Assembly: GCA_021848365.1 (NCBI GenBank)
Contig: JAJZUS010000001.1
Coordinates: 540,608-604,607 of the forward strand
Direction of reading: 5' to 3'
DNA from: Actinomycetes bacterium
GTDB taxonomy: Bacteria > Actinomycetota > Acidimicrobiia > Acidimicrobiales > RAAP-2
DNA length: 64,000 bases
A program made the position numbers and the translations under genes. Positions 19,264 to 29,257 of this stretch are shown here, one piece after another (the stretch's first letter is position 1; each line of letters opens with the position of its first letter). Below the pieces are notes generated by a model. That model did no database searches and was not told where the DNA came from. It saw only the letters and a program-made list of their open reading frames with translations.

Positions 19264-19982
19264 TGACAAGGTTGGCGCAGCGACTGCTCGGACCCGTGAC
19301 CCTGCTCAGCCTGGCCGTGACGGCCTGGCTCGGGCTCTGGGTCACGCCGCCCGACCGGGTCCAGGGGGACCTCGCCCGTCTCGTCTACGTCCACCCGGCC
19401 CTCGCCTGGGTGGCCCTCTACCTCTCCTTCGGGACCGCCACCATCGCGAGCGTCCTCTACCTGTGGCCCCGGACCCGCTCGGTCACGGCCGACCGGGTGG
19501 CCGTCTCGGCGATGGAGGTGAGCCTCGTCTTCATCCTCCTCACCCTGGCGACCGGATCGATCTGGGGTCGCCCGACCTGGGGCGTGTGGTGGGCGTGGGA
19601 CGCCCGGCTCACCTCGACGGCCATCCTCGGGGTCCTCGCCCTCGGGTACCTCGCGCTGCGCCGGGCGAACGACGACCCCGAGGCCCGCGCGCGCCGTAGC
19701 GCCGTCTTCGCGATCCTCTCGGCGATCAACGTGCCGATCATCCACTTCTCGGTCGTGTGGTGGAAGACCCTCCACCAGGGCGCGACCGTCTTCACCTCGA
19801 CCCGCAGCCTCAAGATCCACGGGATCATGGCCTGGACGCTCCTCATCTCCTTCGTCGCCTTCACCCTCGCCTACGGCTGGCTGGTGCGGGCCCGCTACCG
19901 CCTCGAGGTCGCCCGGGCCGGTCGCGAGGCGGCCCTGCTCGCCGAGGCCATCGCCCGCCGGGCGGCCGAGGTGGTCCGGTGA
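19263..19982 (+). CDS. ccmC: Heme exporter / cytochrome c biogenesis protein CcmC
   Basis: YVHPA, WWD domain TGSIWGRPTWGVWWAWDARLT, IHFSVVWWKTLHQ; TGATG coupling. Confidence 0.95.
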   Translation: MTRLAQRLLGPVTLLSLAVTAWLGLWVTPPDRVQGDLARLVYVHPALAWVALYLSFGTATIASVLYLWPRTRSVTADRVAVSAMEVSLVFILLTLATGSIWGRPTWGVWWAWDARLTSTAILGVLALGYLALRRANDDPEARARRSAVFAILSAINVPIIHFSVVWWKTLHQGATVFTSTRSLKIHGIMAWTLLISFVAFTLAYGWLVRARYRLEVARAGREAALLAEAIARRAAEVVR

Positions 19983-20074
19983 GCTACGTCTGGGCCGGGT
20001 ACGCCGTCGGCTTCGGGGGGCTCGCCCTCTACGCCCTCGGCCTCTGGTGGAGAGGACGGCGTGAGCGTCACTGA
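19979..20074 (+). CDS. ccmD: Heme exporter protein CcmD
   Basis: 31 aa, MSYVWAGYAVGFGGLALYALGLWWRGRRERH; single TM with basic tail; positioned between ccmC and ccmE. Confidence 0.75.
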   Translation: MSYVWAGYAVGFGGLALYALGLWWRGRRERH

Positions 20075-20540
20075 GGCGCGGGCCGACCTCTCCCCGGTCG
20101 CCCCGCCGCCGCGTCCGCGCGGCCGGTGGCGCTCGATCGGCGTGCTCGTCGTGGTGGCGCTCGCCATCCTGGCCCTGCTCTCCCAGGGTCTGCTCTCCTC
20201 GCTCAACTACTTCGAGACCGTCGATCAGGTCCTCGCCCATCGGGCCGCGGTCGGCACGAAGGAGATCCGCCTCGAGGGACTCGTCGCCGCCCGCACCATC
20301 GTGCGCACGGCGGTCGGTACCGACTTCGTCGTCACCGGCTCGAAGGGTCGCGTCGTCGTGCACGCGACGGGCGAGCCGCCCCAGCTCTTCGCGGCGAACA
20401 TCCCGGTCGTCGTGGTCGGCCACTTCACCACGCGCCGCGGGCTGACCTTCGCCGCGACCTCGATCCTCGTGAAGCACACCGCCACCTATATCGCCCAGCA
20501 CCCCACCCGGGTGCGCGCCCCGAACGGGTCGACGCGATGA
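20061..20540 (+). CDS. ccmE: Heme chaperone CcmE
   Basis: N-terminal TM; PPQLFAANIPVVVVG; KHTATY (HxxxY heme-binding motif). Confidence 0.92.
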   Translation: MSVTEARADLSPVAPPPRPRGRWRSIGVLVVVALAILALLSQGLLSSLNYFETVDQVLAHRAAVGTKEIRLEGLVAARTIVRTAVGTDFVVTGSKGRVVVHATGEPPQLFAANIPVVVVGHFTTRRGLTFAATSILVKHTATYIAQHPTRVRAPNGSTR

Positions 20541-22474
20541 TCGCCCTCCTCGGGCGGGTCGGCCTCGGGGTCGCCCTGGCCGGCGGGCTCCTCGGCGCCC
20601 TCGACCAGTGGCGGGGGCGGCGCGCCGGGCGGCTCTTCGCCGGGCTCTCCCTCGCCGGGATCGTCCTCAGCGTCGCGGCGATGCAGTACGCGCTCGTCAC
20701 CCACGACTTCGCCCTCGCCTACGTCGCCGAGAACAACGCCACCGTCACCCCGCTCCTCTACTCGATCACCGGCATGTGGTCGGCCCTCGAGGGCTCCCTC
20801 CTGCTCTGGGTCCTCCTGCTCGACGGGGTCGTCCTCGGGGTCGCCGCCACCTACCGGCGCCGGCGCGACGACGGGGTGGTGCGGGTCGCCCTCGGGACGC
20901 TCTTTCTCACCTCGGCCTTCTTCACCTTCTTGATGGTCGGCCCGGCCGACCCCTTCCTCGCGAACCCGGGCCCCGTCCACCAGGGGGCCGGGCCGAACGC
21001 CCTGCTCCAGGACAACCCGCTGGTGGCGGCCCACCCGCCCCTCCTCTACCTCGGCTTCGTGGGCTTCGCCGTGCCCTTCGCCTTCGCGGTGGGGATGCTC
21101 GTCACCGGCCGGGTGGAGGAGCGCTGGGCCCTCGCCCAGCGCCGCTTCACCGTCCTCGCCTGGGGCGCCCTCTCGGTGGGGATCGTGCTCGGGGCGTGGT
21201 GGAGCTACCAGGTCCTCGGCTGGGGCGGCTTCTGGGGCTGGGACCCCGTCGAGAACGCGGCCCTCCTGCCCTGGCTGACGGCGACGGCCTACGTCCACTC
21301 GGTCATCGTCCAGGACCGTCGGGGCCTCTTTCGGGTCTGGAACCTCGCCCTCGCCGTCGCGACCTTCGCCCTCACCGTCCTCGGGACCTTCTTCACGCGC
21401 TCGGGGGTCCTCCAGAGCGTCCACGCCTTCTCCTCCTCGACCCTGGGCCCCCTCCTCATCGGCTTCTTCGCCGTCGTCGTGCTGGTCGGCGGGGGGCTCA
21501 TCGCGTGGCGGGGCGACCGGCTGCGCAGCCCCGTCGGGGTCGACCACCCCGCGAGCCGCGAGGGCCTCTTCGTCGTCAACAACGTCCTCTTCGTCGGCTT
21601 CGCGATCGTGGTGCTGCTGGGGACGGTCTTCCCCCTCCTCTACCAGGCGGTCAACGGGGCCCAGGTGACCGTCGGGACCCCCTACTTCGCGACGGTCGCC
21701 GCGCCGGCCGGGGTGGCCGTCCTCGCCCTCATGGCCCTCGCCCCCCTCGCCGGGTGGCGCGCGACGAGCCGCGCCGTCCTGTGGTCGCGGGCCCGGCCCG
21801 TCCTCTGGAGCGCCCTCGCCGTGACGGCCCTGCTCGCCCTGCGCGGGGTTCGCCGACCGATGGTGCTGGTCGCCGTCTTCCTCGCCGTCGCGGCGGCCGG
21901 GTCGGCGCTGCGGACCCTCGCGCTCGCCCTGCGCGCCGCCCGGGCCCGGGGGGCCCTGCGCCGGGCCCTGCGCGCCCCGTCGACGGGCGGGATGGTGACC
22001 CACCTCGGCGTCGTCGTCCTGGCCCTCGGGGTCGTCGTCGCGACGAGCTACGCGACGCGCCGCGAGGTCACCCTGGCGACCCACCAGGCAACCGTCGTCG
22101 ACGGTCAGCGGGTCGCCTTCGACGGCTTCCACCGCGTGCGCACGCCGCTGCTCGACGCGACCCAGGTCGTTGTGCGGGTCGGGGGTGCCACCCTCTACCC
22201 GGCCGTCACCACCTACGCGGGCCGGGCCAGCCAGCCCGTGGGGACCCCGGCGATCGACTCGAGCCTCCTGCGCGACGTCTACGTGACCTTCGACGCCGTG
22301 GGGGGCAACGGAGCCGCCTCGGGGGCCCAGATCGCGAACGATCTGCCGGCCGGGTCGGTCGTCCTCGGGGTCACCGTCGAGCCCCTGCTCTCCTGGCTCT
22401 GGATCGGCGGCCTCGTCGTGGGTCTCGGGGCCGCGCTCACGGTGGTGCGCCGCCGGGTAGGGGAGGAGGCGTGA
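20537..22474 (+). CDS. ccmF: Heme lyase CcmF
   Basis: WSALEGSLLLW, NALLQD..HPPLLY, LGAWWSY..LGWGGFWGWDPVENAAL, VHAF; ATGA overlap. Confidence 0.95.
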   Translation: MIALLGRVGLGVALAGGLLGALDQWRGRRAGRLFAGLSLAGIVLSVAAMQYALVTHDFALAYVAENNATVTPLLYSITGMWSALEGSLLLWVLLLDGVVLGVAATYRRRRDDGVVRVALGTLFLTSAFFTFLMVGPADPFLANPGPVHQGAGPNALLQDNPLVAAHPPLLYLGFVGFAVPFAFAVGMLVTGRVEERWALAQRRFTVLAWGALSVGIVLGAWWSYQVLGWGGFWGWDPVENAALLPWLTATAYVHSVIVQDRRGLFRVWNLALAVATFALTVLGTFFTRSGVLQSVHAFSSSTLGPLLIGFFAVVVLVGGGLIAWRGDRLRSPVGVDHPASREGLFVVNNVLFVGFAIVVLLGTVFPLLYQAVNGAQVTVGTPYFATVAAPAGVAVLALMALAPLAGWRATSRAVLWSRARPVLWSALAVTALLALRGVRRPMVLVAVFLAVAAAGSALRTLALALRAARARGALRRALRAPSTGGMVTHLGVVVLALGVVVATSYATRREVTLATHQATVVDGQRVAFDGFHRVRTPLLDATQVVVRVGGATLYPAVTTYAGRASQPVGTPAIDSSLLRDVYVTFDAVGGNGAASGAQIANDLPAGSVVLGVTVEPLLSWLWIGGLVVGLGAALTVVRRRVGEEA

Positions 22475-23001
22475 GGCGCTCGGTCGCCGTCACGACCCTC
22501 GCGGTCCTCGTCCTCGCGAGCGCCCTCGCGGCCCTGCTCGTCACGCGCCACCCGGTGAGCGAGGCGACGAGCAGCCCGAGCCCCCTGCTCGGTCGCCCGG
22601 CCCCGACCGTCACGGCCCGCCTCCTCGGGTCGGCGCGGGACTTCCGGCTCGCGAGCGACCGGGGCCACGTGGTCGTCCTCTCCTTCTGGGCCTCGTGGTG
22701 CGGACCGTGCGTCGCCGAGACTCCCGAGCTCTCGACCTTCGCCTGGAGCCACCGGGGGAGCGTCGACGTCGTCGGGGTCGTCTTCAACGACTCCCTCGGC
22801 GCGGCCGAGACCTTCGTGCGCCACTACGGGGCCCTCTACCCCTCGGTCGTCGACCCCGGCGGGTCGATCGCCCTCGCCTACGGCGTGACCTCGCCCCCGA
22901 CGACCTTCGTGATCGACCGCCACGGGCGCGTCGCCGCCGAGCTGCTCGGCGCGACGACGGCCCGCCAGCTGACGGCCGTGGTGGACCGGGTGCGCTCGTG
23001 A
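22471..23001 (+). CDS. ccmG: Thiol-disulfide oxidoreductase CcmG/DsbE (TlpA family)
   Basis: N-terminal TM; FWASWCGPC; YGVTSPPTTFVID. Confidence 0.9.
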   Translation: MRRSVAVTTLAVLVLASALAALLVTRHPVSEATSSPSPLLGRPAPTVTARLLGSARDFRLASDRGHVVVLSFWASWCGPCVAETPELSTFAWSHRGSVDVVGVVFNDSLGAAETFVRHYGALYPSVVDPGGSIALAYGVTSPPTTFVIDRHGRVAAELLGATTARQLTAVVDRVRS

Positions 23002-23381
23002 GGGTCCTGCGCTCCTTCACGCTCTTCGCGGTGGCCCTCGTCGTCCTCACGCTGGCGGTCGCCCTCACACGACCGAGCACGCCCGGCGCGGCCGCGCGGG
23101 TCGCCCACCTGGAGTCCCTGGTGAGGTGTCCGAGCTGCGAGGACCTCTCGGTCGCCCAGTCGACGGCGACCTCTTCGCTCGCGGTGCGTCGGGCGATCGC
23201 GCGCGACGTCGCCGCGGGGAGGAGCGACACCCAGATCCTCACGTCGCTCGAGTCGGTCTACGGGCCCTCGATCCTCCTCAGCCCGCCGACGAGCGGCCTC
23301 GGGACCCTCCTCTGGGCCGTGCCGGCCGTCGGGGTCCTCACCCTCGGGGTCGTCGTCGCGCGCACCGGGCGGCGACGGTGA
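22998..23381 (+). CDS. ccmH: Cytochrome c biogenesis protein CcmH (CcmL-type)
   Basis: LVRCPSCEDLSVAQS (RCxxC motif); YGPSILLSPP; LLWAVP. Confidence 0.9.
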   Translation: MRVLRSFTLFAVALVVLTLAVALTRPSTPGAAARVAHLESLVRCPSCEDLSVAQSTATSSLAVRRAIARDVAAGRSDTQILTSLESVYGPSILLSPPTSGLGTLLWAVPAVGVLTLGVVVARTGRRR

Positions 23382-24100
23382 GCGACCGCCGGGCCATCGA
23401 GGACGAGATCGCCCTGCGCGAGGCCTCCCTCGCCGACGCCCGACGCGAGCACGAGGTCGGCGAGCTCGACGACGCCGGGTACCGGGCGATCGTCGCGCGC
23501 GAGGCGACGGCCCTCGCAGCCCTGCGCGCCCGGGGCGACGCCCTCGGGCCCGCGGCGGCGCCCGCTCGCGCGCCACGGGTGCACCGGCGGCGCTGGCTGG
23601 TGGTGGCGGTCCTCGCCCTCGTCTCGGCGGCGGGGATCGTCCTCGCGCAGACCCTCAGCCCCCGCCAGCCGGGCAGCTCGGTGACGGGCGGGGTGACCCT
23701 CTCGGGCAGCGCGCGCGTCACCCAGCTCCTCACCGAGGCCGAGGCCGACGTCGCCGCGGGCAACGAGTCGGCCGCCCTCACCGCCTACTCTCAGGTCCTC
23801 GCGCTCCAGCCGGGCAACGTGACGGCCCTCACCCAGTCGGGCTGGCTCGAGTTCTCGGCTGGCTCGACGGCGAAGGACGCGACCCTCGTCACCCTCGGCG
23901 AGCGGCTGCTCGCGCGCGCCGCCCAGCGGGCGCCAGCCGACCCCGCGCCGCGCCTCTACCTCGCGATCGCGGCCTTCGCGACCCCGGGCAACGCGGCTCT
24001 CGCCCGGAGCGACTTCCGCGTCTTCCTCGCTCTGCACCCCTCGCCCGCCCAGCTCGCCCTCGCCGCCCCCTATCTCGCCCAGCTCGGCCTCGCGGGATAG
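23378..24100 (+). CDS. ccmI: CcmI/CycH-like TPR protein
   Basis: N-terminal LADARREHEVGELDDAGY, one TM, then TPR-like helices (ALTAYSQVLALQPGNVTAL). Confidence 0.75.
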   Translation: MSDRRAIEDEIALREASLADARREHEVGELDDAGYRAIVAREATALAALRARGDALGPAAAPARAPRVHRRRWLVVAVLALVSAAGIVLAQTLSPRQPGSSVTGGVTLSGSARVTQLLTEAEADVAAGNESAALTAYSQVLALQPGNVTALTQSGWLEFSAGSTAKDATLVTLGERLLARAAQRAPADPAPRLYLAIAAFATPGNAALARSDFRVFLALHPSPAQLALAAPYLAQLGLAG

Positions 24101-24135
24101 CCCCCGGGGACTCTCCCGGGTCTAGGGTGGCCCCG

Positions 24136-26550
24136 GTGACGCCACACGCCCGCGAGGCGGCGGGCTCCGGGACCTCCCGGTCGCGATCGAACCAGGAGAG
24201 GAGAGGGACGCGGGGCCGGCGTCGGTCCTGGACCGCGGCCGCGGGCGCGACGATCCTCGTCACGTCCCTCGCCGCCGCCGTCGGTCCCGCCCCGCTCGTG
24301 CGCGCCGCCAGTGCTCCCGCGATCTCATGGACCTCGCTCGGTCCGCGGGCGATCCCCAACGAGCTCGCGAGCGGACCGAGCGGGGCGAACCTCCCGACGA
24401 CGGGTCTCGCGGCGGCCGGCGAGGTCACCGCCGTCGCCGTCGACGTCAGCGCGCCCGCCACGATATGGGTCGGGCTCGGTGGGGGCATGTGGTGGGGCGG
24501 CGGCTACAGCCAGGGGGGAGTCCTCGGCACCACCGACGGCGGGGCGACCTGGCGACCACTCGACCAGGGGCTCCGCGCCCACTCGGTCGCCGCCCTCTGG
24601 GACGACCCGAGCAGGCCGAGCGACCTCGTGGCGGCGACCGACGGAGGGCTCTTTCGCTCGAGTGACGCGGGGGCTGAGTGGACCCTCGTCGCGACCGACG
24701 CCTTTCGTGACCTCGTCGCGTCGGGCGGCCTCCTCTACGCCGGGGGCGACGCCGGGCTCATGGTCTCGGGCGACGGCGGAGCGAGCTGGCGGCCGGTCGA
24801 CGGGACGACCTTCGTGACCGCGCTCGCGCCATTGCCGGGGGGCGTCCTCGTCGGGGAGTTCGACGGGACCGTGCGGGGCGTGAGCGGGACCAGCGCCACC
24901 GTCCTCGCCCCCGCGGGCCCGTCGGCCTCGGGGTTCTCCGCCCTCGCGGTCGACCCCGCGAACCCCCTCGTCGTCTACGGAGCCTCCGCCGGGACCGGTT
25001 CGCTCGCCCGCAGCGGCGACGGGGGCCGGACGTGGTCGGCGATGCCGGCGTCCTCGGGCCTCCCCGCCTCGGGAGCCCTCGTCCGCACGGTCGCGGTCGA
25101 CCCCGCGTCGCCCGGTGCCGTCGACGTGGGCGGCAACCTCGCCCTCTACGTCTCGAAGGACGGGGGCGCCACCTTCGCGACCCACTACGTCGGAGCCGAC
25201 ATCTGGGGGATCGTCCCCGATCCGGCCGTCCCGGGGTCGATCCTCGTCCTCTCCGATCAGGGTCTCTACCGGGTGAGCGGCGACGGGACGTCGTGGGCGA
25301 GCCTGAACGGGGACCTCTCGAGCGGGCTCAGCTACAGCGTGGCCGTCACCGGCTCGACGATCCTCGCGCGCGAGCACGACTTCTCCCTCGTCGAGAGCGT
25401 CGACGGCGGCGCGACGTGGGCGATGGACGCGATCGCCGGCGGCGAGGACGGCGACGTCGTCGTCGACCCTACCGACCCGACCCACGTCTACGGGCTCGGG
25501 ACCTTCGACGGGCTGACCGTCTCCGACGACGGCGGGCGCACGTGGCGCGTGGTGGGCAGCGTCAGCGCCTTCGCCCCGGGGGACGAGACGATCGCCGTCG
25601 CCCCGACCACCCCCTCCACCGTCTACGTCGCCTCGGGGGCCGGCGTCGCCGTCAGTCACGACGCCGGGGCGACCTGGGTGTCCACCGGCTGGCCCTTCGC
25701 CCACCCCTACCTCGTCGCGGTGGACCCGAGCGACCCGTCGCGGATCGTCGTCGCCGCGTCCTCGCTCCCCTACGACGAGACGCTCGGCGCGGCGTCGATG
25801 ACCAGCGACGGCGGGTCGACCTGGCACGCGCTCGCCCTCGGCGGGGCCCCCTCGGCGGCCCTCTTCGTCGGCGCCGACCTCTACGTGGCGGCCGGCGAGC
25901 GCCTCCTCGTGAGCCATGACGGCGGGACGAGCTTCGTCGATGACTCGTCCGGCCTGGCGTCACTGCCCGCGATCCTCGGGGCCGAGGCCTGGCCCCCGGT
26001 CGAGGCCCTCACGGCGGTCGCGACCACGACCGGGGAGGTCCTCCTCGCCTCCACGACGAACGGCGTCTTCGCCCAGCTCGCCGGGTCCGGTGCGTGGGTC
26101 GACGTCAGCGGGGACCTCATCACCCGCTTCGTCCACCAGGCCGTCGTGGCCGGCGCCACGGTCTACCTCGCCACCTACGGCCAGGGCGTCGTGAGCACGC
26201 CCCTCGCCGGGATCGTCGCGGCCCTATCGGCCCCCCTCACCGTCACGACCCACCCGGTGTCGGCCACGCTGAGCGTGCGCGCCACCACGGCGTCGGGCGC
26301 GCCGCGCGCGACCGCGGTCGTGGGCGGACGGGTGATCGTCGTCCTCTCGTGGCGCGCGGGCCCGCCCGTGACGGCCGGCGCCTGCGGCGTCGGTGCCCAT
26401 CTCGCGATTCTCGCGCGACGGGTCTCGTCGGCGAGCGTGACCTGCTCGCTGCGCGTCGTGGCGGGTGCGCGAGGGGCCGTCACCGGGTGGGTGAGCGCCC
26501 GCGCCGGCGCGACGAGCGTGCGGCGCGCGTGGCGCCTGGCGGTCAGCTGA
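24136..26550 (+). CDS. Secreted Asp-box (BNR) repeat beta-propeller protein
   Basis: About 11 S/T-x-D-G-G-x-T/S-W repeats; long signal peptide (RRRSW..AGATILV..VRAAS); GTG 7 nt after TAGGGT. Confidence 0.85.
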   Translation: MTPHAREAAGSGTSRSRSNQERRGTRGRRRSWTAAAGATILVTSLAAAVGPAPLVRAASAPAISWTSLGPRAIPNELASGPSGANLPTTGLAAAGEVTAVAVDVSAPATIWVGLGGGMWWGGGYSQGGVLGTTDGGATWRPLDQGLRAHSVAALWDDPSRPSDLVAATDGGLFRSSDAGAEWTLVATDAFRDLVASGGLLYAGGDAGLMVSGDGGASWRPVDGTTFVTALAPLPGGVLVGEFDGTVRGVSGTSATVLAPAGPSASGFSALAVDPANPLVVYGASAGTGSLARSGDGGRTWSAMPASSGLPASGALVRTVAVDPASPGAVDVGGNLALYVSKDGGATFATHYVGADIWGIVPDPAVPGSILVLSDQGLYRVSGDGTSWASLNGDLSSGLSYSVAVTGSTILAREHDFSLVESVDGGATWAMDAIAGGEDGDVVVDPTDPTHVYGLGTFDGLTVSDDGGRTWRVVGSVSAFAPGDETIAVAPTTPSTVYVASGAGVAVSHDAGATWVSTGWPFAHPYLVAVDPSDPSRIVVAASSLPYDETLGAASMTSDGGSTWHALALGGAPSAALFVGADLYVAAGERLLVSHDGGTSFVDDSSGLASLPAILGAEAWPPVEALTAVATTTGEVLLASTTNGVFAQLAGSGAWVDVSGDLITRFVHQAVVAGATVYLATYGQGVVSTPLAGIVAALSAPLTVTTHPVSATLSVRATTASGAPRATAVVGGRVIVVLSWRAGPPVTAGACGVGAHLAILARRVSSASVTCSLRVVAGARGAVTGWVSARAGATSVRRAWRLAVS

Positions 26551-26553
26551 GTC

Positions 26554-27258
26554 CTAGGCCGTCACCCGGCAGTGGTCGCTGCGGTTGGCGCGCGAGGTCA
26601 GCGTGACCGTCGAGGCGTCGTAGCCGAGGCCCTCGACGATGCCGGCGACGAGGCCCCGGTCGATCGCGCAGAGCACCGGGTGGTCCTGGGCCGCCGCGCC
26701 GAACGGGCAGTTCTCGGCGACGACCTCGAGGGTCTCGCCCTCGCCCTCGGTGCGGGCGTCGAAGCCGTGGGCCCGCAGGAGCCCGGCGAGCGAGGCGAGG
26801 GCCGCGCGCGCCGGCGGGGCGCCCTCGACGAGGGTCGTGCCGGCGATGGAGCGGCCGTAGTCGAGGCCGACGTCGTGGGCGAGGGCCTCGGCCCGGGTGG
26901 AACCGAGCTCGGTGAGGGCCCGCTCGAGGAGGGCGACGAGCAGCCCGCTCGCCCCGACGGCCTCCTCGAGGGCGGGGGCGCCGTTCGCGACGCGGTAGCC
27001 CTTCGCCGGCCGCCCGACGGTCGCCCGGCGCACCTCGCCGGCGACGACGTAGCCCGCGGCGACGAGGCGCTCCAGGTGGTGGCGCACGACGTTCGGGTGC
27101 ACCCCGGTGTGCTCGGCGAGCTCGCTGGCGGTCGCGCCCGAGTTCTCGCGCAGGTAGAGGTAGATGGAGCGGCGCGTGCGGTCCCCGAAGGAGTGGGCGA
27201 GGCTCGTCACCGTCGCGGTGAAGAGCCCGCTGTCGAGGTCGGCCTCGTGGTGCGCCAC
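26554..27258 (-). CDS. SufR-like winged-helix regulator with a C-terminal Cys motif
   Basis: ATASELAEHTGVHPNVVRHHLERL, VGRPAKGY; ENCPF-X-VLCAID and DHC (C-X12-C-X32-C). Confidence 0.8.
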   Translation of the reverse strand: MAHHEADLDSGLFTATVTSLAHSFGDRTRRSIYLYLRENSGATASELAEHTGVHPNVVRHHLERLVAAGYVVAGEVRRATVGRPAKGYRVANGAPALEEAVGASGLLVALLERALTELGSTRAEALAHDVGLDYGRSIAGTTLVEGAPPARAALASLAGLLRAHGFDARTEGEGETLEVVAENCPFGAAAQDHPVLCAIDRGLVAGIVEGLGYDASTVTLTSRANRSDHCRVTA

Positions 27259-27326
27259 GCCCGGAGTCTAGGAGCCGACGGGCCCGGTGACGGTAGCCTC
27301 GCTGCGGGGGGAACGGAAGGAGTGTC

Positions 27327-28403
27327 ATGAGTGACGACCTGCGCGCCCGGCTGGGCGCGATCCGGGAGCCCCAGCTGGTGCGCGGCCTCGGGGAGCTCGG
27401 CTTCCTCGGGACGGTCTCGGCCGACGCGGTGGAGCTGGTGCTCCCGATCGTGGCGTGGCCGAACCGGGCCTGGCTTGAGGAGGAGATCGCCGAGACGGCA
27501 CCCGGGGTGCGGGTGAGCGTGCGGGCGATGGACGAGGACGAGCGCCTCACCCTGCGCCACTTCCTGCGCGGCGAGATGGTCGCCGAGGGCGAGGACGCCG
27601 GGGCACCGCGCATCACCGGTCGGCTCAGCCGGACCCGCGTGCTCGGGATCTCCTCGGGCAAGGGCGGGGTCGGCAAGTCCTCGGTCACCGTCAACCTGGC
27701 GATCGCCCTCGCCGAGCGGGGCCGCCACGTCGGCGTCCTCGACGCCGACGTCTACGGCTTCTCGCTGCCCCGGATGCTCGGGGCGGTCAACGACCCGATC
27801 GTCCTCGGCGACACCGTCATCCCGACCCTCGCCCACGGGGTGCGCTGCGTCTCGATGGGCTACTTCGTCCCCGACGCCCAGCCGGTCATCTGGCGCGGCC
27901 CGATGCTGCACAAGGCGATCGAGCAGCTGGTCTCCGAGGTGTGGTGGGACGAGCCGGACTACCTCCTCATCGACATGCCCCCGGGCACCGGCGACGTCGC
28001 CCTCACCCTCTCCGAGGTCCTGCCCAAGGTCGAGATGTACGTGGTGACGACGCCCCAGGCGGCCGCCCAGCGGGTCGCCCAGCGATCGGCCTACGCGGCC
28101 CGCACCCTGAAGCTGGCGGTGCGCGGGGTGATCGAGAACATGTCGTGGTTCACCGGCGACGACGGTCAGCGCTACGAGCTCTTCGGCGAGGGCGGCGGGA
28201 CCCGGCTCGCGGAGGACCTCGGGGTGCCGCTCCTCGGCCAGATCCCCTTCGACCCGCGTCTGCGCTCGGGCGGGGACCTCGGTGACCCGGTCGTCGCCTA
28301 CGAGCCCGAGAGCCCGGCGGCCGTCGCCTTCGCGACCCTCGCCGAGACCATCGACCGCCAGGGGCCCGCGCGCATCTACAAGCGCGAGCTCACGATCGCC
28401 TAG
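27327..28403 (+). CDS. mrp: Mrp/NBP35 (ApbC) family ATPase
   Basis: SGKGGVGKSS, DADVYG, VIWRGPML, DMPPGTGD, VTTPQ, IENMS, FGEGGG. Confidence 0.93.
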   Translation: MSDDLRARLGAIREPQLVRGLGELGFLGTVSADAVELVLPIVAWPNRAWLEEEIAETAPGVRVSVRAMDEDERLTLRHFLRGEMVAEGEDAGAPRITGRLSRTRVLGISSGKGGVGKSSVTVNLAIALAERGRHVGVLDADVYGFSLPRMLGAVNDPIVLGDTVIPTLAHGVRCVSMGYFVPDAQPVIWRGPMLHKAIEQLVSEVWWDEPDYLLIDMPPGTGDVALTLSEVLPKVEMYVVTTPQAAAQRVAQRSAYAARTLKLAVRGVIENMSWFTGDDGQRYELFGEGGGTRLAEDLGVPLLGQIPFDPRLRSGGDLGDPVVAYEPESPAAVAFATLAETIDRQGPARIYKRELTIA

Positions 28404-28411
28404 GAGGAGCC

Positions 28412-29257
28412 GTGGACATCCAGGGACGCGTCGCCGTCATCACCGGAGGGGCGAGCGGGATCGGACTCGCGAGCGCCCGCGCGCTCGCGGGCGCGGGCGC
28501 TCGCCTGGTCCTCGGGGACGTCGAGGAGGCGGCCCTCGGGCGCGCCGTCGACGAACTGGCCCACGAGGGGGCGAGCGTCGTGGGCGAGGTCCTCGACGTG
28601 GCGCGCGAGGAGGACCTGGTGGCGCTGCGCGAGACGGCGCTGCGCCACTTCGGCGGCGCGCACCTCGTCATGGCGAACGCCGGGGTGGGCGGCGGCCCGG
28701 TGATCGGGACGCCGACGCCCGTCTGGGACTGGGTGATGGGCGTCAACGTCGACGGCGTGGTGAACGCCCTCGGCGCCTTCCTGCCGCTCCTGCTCGACCA
28801 GGACGAGGGCCACGTGGTGGCGACGGCCTCCCTCGCCGGCCTCGGCGGGGTCCCGGGCATGGGCCCCTACGTCGCCTCCAAGTTCGCCGTCGTCGGCATC
28901 ATGGAATCCCTCTTCTACGAGCTCGCGCTGCGCGGGAGCCGCGTGGGGGCCTCGGTCCTCTGCCCCGGCTTCGTGCGTACCCGCATCCACGAGTCGACCC
29001 GCAACCTCCCCCGCGACCTCGCGGGCTACCTCGACGACCCGGCCGTCCGGGCGGCCGGCGAGCTGGCGGCGCGGGCCGTCCAGGCGGGGATCGATCCGAG
29101 CGAGGTCGCCGCGCTCGTCCTCGACGCGGTGCGCCACGAGCGCTTCTGGATCCTCACCCACGAGCGAGCGGCCACCCGCACCACCGAGCAGCGCCTCGAG
29201 TGGATGCGCGGCGGACCCGCCCCGCGGATCAACCTCGACGGGGCGACCCGGCCCTAG
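28412..29257 (+). CDS. Classical short-chain dehydrogenase/reductase
   Basis: TGGASGIG, NAGV, TASLAG, YVASK. Confidence 0.93.
   Translation: MDIQGRVAVITGGASGIGLASARALAGAGARLVLGDVEEAALGRAVDELAHEGASVVGEVLDVAREEDLVALRETALRHFGGAHLVMANAGVGGGPVIGTPTPVWDWVMGVNVDGVVNALGAFLPLLLDQDEGHVVATASLAGLGGVPGMGPYVASKFAVVGIMESLFYELALRGSRVGASVLCPGFVRTRIHESTRNLPRDLAGYLDDPAVRAAGELAARAVQAGIDPSEVAALVLDAVRHERFWILTHERAATRTTEQRLEWMRGGPAPRINLDGATRP

Noticed and set aside
24136-26550. Multiheme cytochrome client of the Ccm system
   Set aside because: No CxxCH motif in this protein or in any other real CDS of the window.
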